Source of the DNA: an uncultured Spirochaetota bacterium
Lineage (GTDB): Bacteria > Spirochaetota > Spirochaetia > SZUA-6 > Fen-1364
Reading direction: 5' to 3'
DNA: 64,000 nt
NCBI GenBank assembly: GCA_963845535.1
Contig: CAWJSK010000012.1
Span: 736,001 to 800,000, forward strand
Shown: positions 56,421-64,000 of the stretch, one piece after another
How positions within the stretch are numbered: the stretch's first letter is position 1
How the letters are laid out: each line of letters opens with the position of its first letter
Program-made: the position numbers and the translations under genes
The notes under the pieces: generated by a model
Databases searched by the model: none
The model's input: only the letters and a program-made list of their open reading frames with translations
Told to the model about the DNA's origin: nothing

Positions 56421-58580
56421 CTATTTCTGGGTCATCACCCAGACTCCGCTCCACCCTTCCTGGGGTGGAGCCGCGGCAAGCTCGCGGCACTTTTCCACGT
56501 AGCAGGAAGCCGGAGGGTCATCAACAGCTATGCCCTCGAAGATGCGTCGGGCAGCGTCAAAATTGCCGGCGTAGTATTCCTGAAGCCCTCTGTCGAACAC
56601 CTCGAGGACCGGCTTGCGCCGCTCGTAGACATCCGCGGTCATGGGCTCGTAGACCGTGACGGGCTCCTTGCGCCCCACAACGGCAATCCGTGAAAGCTCG
56701 CGCAGCGGGAACGCGCCTCCGAGCCGCTCCTTCACCATGGCGGAAATCATGGTGTACGTCTTGAACTGCTTGTTGACGCCTTCCAGCCGGGAAGCAAGAT
56801 TCACCGCGTCTCCCAGCATGGTGTAGTTGAACTTCGTGTGGGATCCGAAATTGCCGACAACGGCGGGCCCTGAGTTGATCCCGATCCGCTTGTAGAGGTC
56901 CTTCTTCACGCGCGCGCGGAGGACGGGCCGCATCTCATCCAGCTTTGTCTGGCAGCGAAGCGCGGCGCGCACGGCACGCTCGGCGTGGTCATCCTGGGAA
57001 AGGGGAGCGTTCCAGAAGGCAATGATTGCGTCCCCTTCGTACTTGTCGATGGTGCCGCCTTCCTCCTGGATGATGTCGGTCATGGCGGTCAGGTAGTCGT
57101 TGAGAAGGACCGTCAGCTCTTCCGGCGTGAGCGCCTCGGATATCGACGTGAACCCCTGGAGATCGGAGAAGAATATGGAAAGGTCCCGTTTCTCTCCGCC
57201 GAGCTTCAAGCGCTCAGGGTGCGCAATAAGCTCCTCGATGATCGTGGGGCTCAGGTACTGCCGGAAGGCGCTCTTGATGTAGCGCTTCTGCTGGCCTTCG
57301 GTGGCATAGCTCACAAGGCTGGACCCCACCAGGGAAAAAAGCGTCCCCAGCTCCAGGGCAAAGAGCTGCATCCACCACCCCAAGGCGTACGCCACAACGC
57401 TGAAGATGGGGGCAAGCGGAATGAAGGCGACGTAAATCAACGCGGCGCGGCTGGCCCTCGAAACGGCGGAGACGGCCACTCCGGCCCCCAGGCAGAGGAT
57501 GAGAAGGAGCAGGATGGTGGCCGCGGCGGACATCGGGCGCATGAAGTCCCCGGAGAGGAGGTTGTCGAGCATCGTGGCATGGACTTCCACTCCCGGGTAC
57601 ACGCCGCTCATGGGGGTGGGCTTCAGATCCAGAAGTCCGGACGCGCTGAAGCCAAAGAGCACGTACTTGTCTTTGAAAACCGCCGGATCCAGGGCAGGCT
57701 TTTTCCCGTCAGCCATCTGCTGGTACGCCTGAAGGACCTGTGCGGCGTTGTAGTTCGCATGGGTCAGCGTCGGACCCCGGTAGCGCAGGATGGCCCGTCC
57801 GTTCGAGTCGATGGGCACACGGACGGAGCCCAGGGACAGCTCGCCGGGCTTGATGGCGGGCGCGCCTGCCGATGGGTTGCCGATGAGCCAGGCGGCCAGA
57901 GCTTCGGATGGGATCACGTGATTGTCAAAAACGCTGAAAAGAGGCTCGCGTCGGTAGACTCCGTCACTGTCGGAGGGAAGGTTCGTCGTTGCAAGAAACC
58001 GTGCGCTCGTGATCAGCTCGGGGATCGGAAGCTGGGCGCTGGCGTAGACTACGCCGGACGGATGGCTCCCCGCCAGCCACGCATCCAGGCCCCTCACGTC
58101 GATGCTGGCAGCCCCGGCGGGCCAGGTGGTGGACAGCCCCTGCGCCGCAAGGGCACTCAACTGCATGGCCCCGACGACGCTTCCGCTTTGCTTCAGACCG
58201 TCCGCGAAGCTCGTGTCATCATCCACACCGTAGGACGATGGCTCGGTGTACAGGACATCGAAGATGACAGCCTTTGCGCCTCCCTGTTTGCAGAAATCGG
58301 CAATGATTCCGTACAGCTCGCGAGGCCACGGCCACGACAGGCCGTTCACGTCCTTGCCCCAGGCGAGGCTCTTGTCGTCGAGCATGATCGTGACGACCTG
58401 CCCGGTGGCCTTTCCCGGACGCTCCAGGAGCCGCGCGCGCATGTCCCACGTGCGGTACTCGAATACATCCAGGGCCCGCGGGAACCAGAGCGCCGCCGCC
58501 ACGGCGGCCGCAATGACCCCGACGATGCCTCCCTGAAGAGCTCGGCGCAGACCAGGAGGAACTTTCCTTGCGCCTGCTCA
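56421..58580 (-). CDS. CHASE2 + class III adenylate/guanylate cyclase (true start obscured by a probable indel near 58550-58560)
   Basis: WPWPR, FDVLYTEPS, PGVEVHA, TMs, FFSDLQGFT, DKYEGDA, GDAVNLASRLEG. Confidence 0.88.
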
Positions 58581-58584
58581 CGGC

Positions 58585-59483
58585 CCAGATGTTCCCGAGC
58601 GCGGCCTGGTAGCGTGCCTGCCGGGCGGCCTGCGCCTGCGGAGGCGTGTGACGCCTCCAGTTCGCTGCCAAGCGTCTCATCCACCTTCTCGATCCTGTCC
58701 TTCGGGTCCGGGTGGGTCTTTGCGAAATCCAACCCGCCCGGCTTCAACCTGGTCTCCATGACCTTGAGCATTCCCTCGAACGCGCGCGGGTCGTAACCGG
58801 CGTTCCTCATGATCTTCAGGGCCATCTGGTCAGCCTCGAACTCCAGGTCACGGGAATACCCTTTGTTCACCATCGTGCTCACGATATCGCCTATGGAGTC
58901 CTTGAAGATGTCCGTGAGCTGCTGGACGTTGGAACCGCCAAGGGTGTTGGCACGCCAGTAACACCGCAAGATTTTTCCAGCGCCTCCGTCTTGCGGGCCT
59001 CCTTGATGGCGTTCAACCCGTGCTTGAGAACAACGTGGCTCGTTTCGTGCGCAAGGATGGCCGCCACTTCATCCTCGTTTTGCGCGCACCGAAGCAGACC
59101 TCGGCTCACAAGGATGAGGCCGCCCGGCGCGGAGAAGGCATTGATCTCATCCGAATCCATGATGAGGACATGGTAGCCGCCGAATGTCTCGGGCCTGTCG
59201 GAGTAGATTGCCAGGGAGCGCTCGAAGACGTTCAGATAATCCGTTGCGGCTTTGTTGTCGTAGACCTTGCGGGTGGCGAGGATGTTCGCGGCAACTGCCC
59301 TTCCGATGTAATACTCCTGCTCGGGAGTGAACTCTGTCTGCTCCGCGGTCGACGACTTGCTCGCTGCCGCTTGCCCCACTGCACAACATCTCCGATCGCT
59401 GATGCCGCCTCCCATGGCTGGCGCAAGCGGACAAGGACCAGGCCAGGATGGCCAGGGAAAGGATCTCGGATGCAATTCCTCAT
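58585..59483 (-). pseudogene. M48 family lipoprotein metallopeptidase broken by several frameshifts (pseudogene or error-rich assembly)
   Basis: Lipobox LSAC, INAFSAPGG, AHETSH (HExxH), YSRDLEFEAD, THP distributed over different frames. Confidence 0.75.
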
Positions 59484-59977
59484 TGCGCGCCTCCTGTGGT
59501 GTTCAAGCCGCCCTGCTGGAGGAACGCAGCGACCTGGCCATCCGTGGGATTGTAGCGCTCCATCCGGTCAACCCACGTATAGTCCACGTTCCCCTCAGCC
59601 TTGTACTGCTTTTCGACGTCCTCGTTGAAACCTTTGCCGGCAAGAGCGACCTCTCCGCTGGAGGCGCCTGTTTGCGCGGTCTGCGAGCCGGCCTGCAGCT
59701 TGATTTCCTTTTCCGTAAGGGCGGAAAGGCTGACCCAGCCGGTAATGCCTTTCTCCTCCATGCTGACCTTGCGCCAGCTCTGCGGCGCCCCTGCGGGCTG
59801 GTCGAGGACGGTGACCCTGTCACCATAGGCCAGAGTGCCCACGATCCTGCCCAAGGCGCTCGGGGTGGCGCGGACTTTGACCTGCTCCACCTGCACGCTC
59901 ATGTGCGACTGGTCCGCGAAAGCGACTGCCGCCGTCATCATCAAGCACGCGGCAACTGCCAGGGAGACTCTCGACAT
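59480..59977 (-). CDS. Secreted SH3b-domain protein
   Basis: SD AGGAGG; signal peptide; VRATPS...VGTLAYGDRVTVL...GWVS; C-term ALAGKGF...VDRME. Confidence 0.75.
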   Translation of the reverse strand: MSRVSLAVAACLMMTAAVAFADQSHMSVQVEQVKVRATPSALGRIVGTLAYGDRVTVLDQPAGAPQSWRKVSMEEKGITGWVSLSALTEKEIKLQAGSQTAQTGASSGEVALAGKGFNEDVEKQYKAEGNVDYTWVDRMERYNPTDGQVAAFLQQGGLNTTGGAQ

Positions 59978-60089
59978 TCCGCCACCTCCTCGACGACGCA
60001 TGGTACCGTGAAATCCGCCCGTTGTCACCCTTTTTCCCGGATGCAGTTTCTTGACATCCCGCCCGCAAATCGGGGAGACTCGGCGCATC

Positions 60090-61004
60090 GTGTGGAAATC
60101 CGAATGCGCAGGAAGGCTGGCGGCGGCGTGGCTTGCCGTGGCGCTTCTTGCCGGGTGCACCGCTTCAGGCAAGGCTGGCGCCAGCGCGTCCGCAAAGGCT
60201 GGTCCGGCAGCGCCGTTCACGCTGCAGAACACGGGCTCAGACACTCTCGTGAACCTCGCGCTGGCGTGGGCGGAACGGTACATGGAGCTTCGCCCCGACA
60301 TGCGGATCTCCGTCACGGGCGGCGGGTCGGGGACCGGGATAGCCGCGCTCATCAACGGGACGATCCAGATAGCAAACGCCTCACGGGAGATGTCCACGGA
60401 GGAAATCGCTGCCGCGGCGAAAAACGGAATCATGCCGGTGCGCTTCACGGTGGCGCTGGACGCCATAGCGGTGGTGGAGAACCCGAGCAACCCCGTCACC
60501 GGCCTCACCATCAGCCAGGTGTCCGACATGTACACCGGGAAGCTCAGGCGCTGGGACCAGGCGGGAGGGGCGGACCGCCCCGTTGTCCTTCTCTCCCGTG
60601 AATCCAACTCGGGCACGTACGTCTACTTCCTGGAACAGGTCGTGAGAAGAGGCAACCCCAACGGGCCTGAGCTCTTCTCACCGGAGACCCTTCTCATGTC
60701 GTCCTCGGAGGGGATCACTTCCGAGGTCAGGCAGAACCCCAACGCCATAGGGTACGACGGCCTTGGGTATGTGACCACGGACATGAAGAAGGTGGCAATT
60801 GCCCGCACGGCCGGCGCGCCATTCGTGCTGCCCTCCGCGCAGAGCGTCCGTGACGGATCCTATCCAATCTCCCGGCCGCTTTTCATGTACACCTCCGGTG
60901 AGCCGGACGGACAGATCAAGGCCTACCTGGACTGGGTCATGCACGACGGCCAGGAACAGGTGAAGGAGCTGGGGTTCGTCCCGCTCCCCGGGAGCGGGAA
61001 ATGA
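60090..61004 (+). CDS. pstS: Phosphate ABC transporter substrate-binding lipoprotein
   Basis: Lipobox LAGC, GSDTL, GGGSGTG, ANASR, SRESNSGT, YPISRPLF. Confidence 0.92.
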   Translation: MWKSECAGRLAAAWLAVALLAGCTASGKAGASASAKAGPAAPFTLQNTGSDTLVNLALAWAERYMELRPDMRISVTGGGSGTGIAALINGTIQIANASREMSTEEIAAAAKNGIMPVRFTVALDAIAVVENPSNPVTGLTISQVSDMYTGKLRRWDQAGGADRPVVLLSRESNSGTYVYFLEQVVRRGNPNGPELFSPETLLMSSSEGITSEVRQNPNAIGYDGLGYVTTDMKKVAIARTAGAPFVLPSAQSVRDGSYPISRPLFMYTSGEPDGQIKAYLDWVMHDGQEQVKELGFVPLPGSGK

Positions 61005-61945
61005 GCGGCGCGGCCCCTCTCGAAGCGCCGCGGGAAAAGCCCCGCCGCAAGGTTGGTCGAGGTCTTGCCCCCGTCACCGAGTTCGCGGTGGAAGCGCTCA
61101 TCCGGGTGCTCGGTTTTTCCACGATAGGGTTCGTCATCCTCATATTCCTCTTTCTCCTGCGCGAAGGAGTCCCGGTTTTCTTCGAAGTCCCGATGCACGG
61201 GCTTTTCTCGACGCTCTGGTATCCCACCTTCAAGCTTTTCGGGACGCTGCCGCTGATCCTGGGCTCCGTGCTCGTGACAATCGCCTCTGTCGTGATCGCC
61301 CTTCCCCTGGGGGTGGCAACGGCGGTCTTTGTCCGCGAGGTGGCCCCAGGTTGGGCGCGGGAGATCCTCAAGCCCGTCATCGAAGTGCTCGCCGGCATTC
61401 CTTCCGTGGTGCTCGGATTTTTCGGCATGACCTACGTGGCCCCGCTGGTGCGGCAGTTGCTGGGAGCCCCCACCGGCCTCACGGCGTTCAGCGGAGCCCT
61501 GCTCCTTGCCTACATGGCGCTGCCCACCATCATCAGTGTTGCGGAGGATGCCCTTGATTCCGTTCCCAGAAGCTACCGGGACGCCGGCCTGGCCATGGGT
61601 GCAACCCGATGGCAGACCATCTGGCGCGTCGTGGTGCCGGCCGGCCGCTCGGGCATCCTCACGGCGGTCATGCTCGGCATGGGCAGGGCAATCGGGGAGA
61701 CAATGGCGGTCATGATGGTGACGGGCAACGCGGCGGTGATGCCCACGACGCTGGCTTTCCTTTTCAAGCCCGTGCGCACCATGACGGCCACGATTGCCGC
61801 GGAAATGGGAGAGGTTGCCCGGGGGGGCACTCATTACCACGCCCTGTTCGGGATCGGGATCATCCTCTTCGTGCTCACGTTCCTCATCAACCTGGCAGCG
61901 GCAAAGGCGATCTTCCAGAAGAAGCGCCGCGGGGGCTTGCGTTGA
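61001..61945 (+). CDS. pstC: Phosphate ABC transporter permease
   Basis: LAGIPSVVLG, GMGRAIGETMAV, TMTATIA. Confidence 0.92.
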   Translation: MSGAAPLEAPREKPRRKVGRGLAPVTEFAVEALIRVLGFSTIGFVILIFLFLLREGVPVFFEVPMHGLFSTLWYPTFKLFGTLPLILGSVLVTIASVVIALPLGVATAVFVREVAPGWAREILKPVIEVLAGIPSVVLGFFGMTYVAPLVRQLLGAPTGLTAFSGALLLAYMALPTIISVAEDALDSVPRSYRDAGLAMGATRWQTIWRVVVPAGRSGILTAVMLGMGRAIGETMAVMMVTGNAAVMPTTLAFLFKPVRTMTATIAAEMGEVARGGTHYHALFGIGIILFVLTFLINLAAAKAIFQKKRRGGLR

Positions 61946-62790
61946 TGAACCGCTCCCTCGTGCAGACCCTCGGCTTCACCCTCTTGAGCGCAATTGCCTT
62001 CATCGTGGTGGCCCCCATCCTCCTTGTGGTGGGGACCATTGTTGCCCGAGGCATCACCGCAATCAATTGGGAGTTCATCAGCTCGATGCCGCACGGGGGC
62101 ATGCGCGAGGGGGGGATCCTGCCGGCCATCGTCGGGACGCTGCTTCTCACCCTTGGCACTGCGCTCGTCGCCGTGCCCATCGGCATTGGAGGCGCGATCT
62201 ATCTCTCCGAGTACGCGCGGGACACGGGCCTCACCCGGGCCATCCGGTTGGCCATCGTGAACCTCGCCGGCATTCCTTCCATTGTGTACGGCTTGTTCGG
62301 TCTCGGGATGTTCGTGCTTTTCTTCCGGTTCGGGACCTCCATCCTTGCCGGGTCGCTCACGCTGGCCATCATGACTCTGCCGGTCATCATCAGCACCGCG
62401 GAGGAGGCCCTGCGCGCCGTACCGCAGGAGTTCCGAACGGTGTCCGCCAGCCTGGGCGGCTCGCGCTGGCAGGCGGTGCGGAACATCGTTTTGCCGCAGG
62501 CCCTCCCCGGCATCATAACGGGCGTCATCCTGGGCCTTCTGCGCGCCGCCGGAGAGACCGCGCCCATCCTGTTCACCGTGGCGGCCTTCTACCTTCCCCG
62601 TCTTCCCACCTCTCCCCTGGACCAGACAATGGCGCTTCCCTATCACCTCTACGTGATCAGCACGCAGGTCCCTGGCATGCCCCTGTCTGTCCAATACGGC
62701 ACCGCGCTCGTGCTGCTTGCCCTGGTTCTGTCTTTGAACATCGTGGCCACAGTGATCCGCAGCCACTTCAGGAGGAAACGCCAGTGGTAG
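61945..62790 (+). CDS. pstA: Phosphate ABC transporter permease
   Basis: NLAGIPSIVYGLFG, EEALRAVP, RAAGETAP. Confidence 0.92.
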   Translation: MNRSLVQTLGFTLLSAIAFIVVAPILLVVGTIVARGITAINWEFISSMPHGGMREGGILPAIVGTLLLTLGTALVAVPIGIGGAIYLSEYARDTGLTRAIRLAIVNLAGIPSIVYGLFGLGMFVLFFRFGTSILAGSLTLAIMTLPVIISTAEEALRAVPQEFRTVSASLGGSRWQAVRNIVLPQALPGIITGVILGLLRAAGETAPILFTVAAFYLPRLPTSPLDQTMALPYHLYVISTQVPGMPLSVQYGTALVLLALVLSLNIVATVIRSHFRRKRQW

Positions 62791-63611
62791 CGCCGAACAG
62801 CCTGTCCCGCGCTCCCCTTCCTCCGCGCCAGCAGGGGAGGGTTTCCCGGGAGACCATGGTCCCCAAGATCAGGATCCAGGGGGTCAGCTACTGGTACTCC
62901 GGCAAGCCGTCACTCGAAGGGGTCACCATGGAGATCCCGGACAAGGCAGTGACCGTGCTTTTCGGTCCGGCGGGAGGGGGAAAGACCACTCTGATGCGCC
63001 TCATCAACCGGTTGAACGACATGGTGGATGACGCGCACATGACGGGCAGCATCCTCCTGGACGGAGAGGACATTTACGCGCCGGGCGTGGACGTGTCGCA
63101 GCTTCGCCGACGGGTGGGGATGGTCTTCGCTCTCCCCCTTCCCCTCCCGGGAACAATTCGGGACAACATACTCTACGGCCCGCGCCTGGCGGGAGTGCGG
63201 GACGCAGCCATGCTGTCTGAGATCGTGGAGCACAGCCTCCAGCAGGCTGCCTTGTGGGCCGAGGTGAAAGACAGGCTGGACGTGCCGGCGTTGAGCCTTT
63301 CCGGCGGCCAGCAGCAGCGCCTCTGCATTGCGCGCAGCCTCGCGCTCGAGCCGGAGGTGCTCCTTCTGGATGAGCCCACCTCCGGTCTGGATCCCATCTC
63401 GACGGCGAAGGTGGAGGAGTCGCTCTTCGAGCTCCGAGAGCGCTATGCGGTGGTCATTGTCCCACACAGCGTCCAGCAAGCCGCGCGCGTGGCGGACTAC
63501 GCGGCGTTCTTCCTCTCCGGAGAGATGGTGGAACGGGGAGGCGGCGCCCAGGTTTTTACGTCCCCCCGCGACAAGAGGACCGAGGACTACGTGACGGGAA
63601 GGTTCGGCTGA
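62784..63611 (+). CDS. pstB: Phosphate ABC transporter ATPase, first (divergent) copy
   Basis: [43 protein letters not shown]. Confidence 0.88.
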   Translation: MVAPNSLSRAPLPPRQQGRVSRETMVPKIRIQGVSYWYSGKPSLEGVTMEIPDKAVTVLFGPAGGGKTTLMRLINRLNDMVDDAHMTGSILLDGEDIYAPGVDVSQLRRRVGMVFALPLPLPGTIRDNILYGPRLAGVRDAAMLSEIVEHSLQQAALWAEVKDRLDVPALSLSGGQQQRLCIARSLALEPEVLLLDEPTSGLDPISTAKVEESLFELRERYAVVIVPHSVQQAARVADYAAFFLSGEMVERGGGAQVFTSPRDKRTEDYVTGRFG

Positions 63612-63613
63612 CG

Positions 63614-64000
63614 ATGGGCAAGATATCCGTCCACGACCTTTCCTTCTTCTACGGGCAGCGCCTGGCGCTTGCTGACGTCTCCATCGACATCCAGGAGCGG
63701 GAGATCACCGCGCTGATCGGGCCGTCCGGCTGCGGAAAGTCGACGTTCCTGCGCTGCCTCAACCGGATGAACGACACGATCTCCGGCTCGCGCGCGAAGG
63801 GAAGCGTCCGCATAGACGGAGCTGACATCTACTCGGGAGACGCGGACGTCGTCGAGCTCAGGAAGCGCGTCGGCATGGTCTTTCAGCGCCCCAACCCTTT
63901 CCCCCAGAGCATCTTCGACAACGTGGCTTTCGGACCCCGGGTCATGGGCACGCATCGCGGCCGGGCGCTCTCGGAAGTTGTGGAGAAGAGCCTTCGTTCT
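63614..64000 (+). CDS. pstB: Phosphate ABC transporter ATPase, second copy, 3'-truncated by window edge
   Basis: [14 protein letters not shown]...[21 protein letters not shown]...[11 protein letters not shown]. Confidence 0.9.
   Translation, partial: MGKISVHDLSFFYGQRLALADVSIDIQEREITALIGPSGCGKSTFLRCLNRMNDTISGSRAKGSVRIDGADIYSGDADVVELRKRVGMVFQRPNPFPQSIFDNVAFGPRVMGTHRGRALSEVVEKSLRS

Noticed and set aside
59990..60089. Pho box upstream of pstS
   Set aside because: Only one TGTCA-like half site; no 11-nt-periodic direct repeat
1..64000. CRISPR array, tRNA or rRNA genes
   Set aside because: No regularly spaced 25-45 nt repeats with unique spacers, no cloverleaf or rRNA-like stretch; intergenic gaps are short

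Overview
A 64-kb GC-rich bacterial chromosomal segment (spot counts about 62-67% GC), most likely from a free-living Spirochaetia bacterium (inferred from archaeal-type PheRS alpha/beta, spirochaete-style ComFB and an apparent AroF-PheA fusion). Most of it is housekeeping or metabolic: EamA transporters, msrA, acyl-CoA ligase, rRNA methyltransferases, modABC with the selenium-dependent Mo-hydroxylase accessory genes (yqeC, yqeB, yedF, selD, desulfurase), leuS, aroF/pheA, a GGDEF protein, PBP1A, pheST, Moco biosynthesis, an ACP-KASII pair, an SH3/M48/CHASE2-cyclase module and pstSCAB. The standout is a low-GC insert (about 48% by spot count, ~1430-6690) carrying a tightly coupled four-gene operon: N6-adenine DNA methyltransferase, MORC-like GHKL ATPase fused to a complete histidine kinase, a receiver protein with a non-HTH beta-rich output domain, and a ComEC-type metallo-beta-lactamase hydrolase. 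It has no recognisable restriction endonuclease and is a candidate phosphorelay-gated defence system. Other signals: many apparently leaderless genes, a stand-alone MshEN-like protein near a Cys-less ComFB, an HU fusion protein, a perfect 12-bp operator-like palindrome, and short tandem repeats at gene ends. Several single-base frameshifts, mostly in homopolymers, suggest assembly errors. No tRNA, rRNA, CRISPR array or integrase was seen. All family assignments are by motif recognition, not database search.
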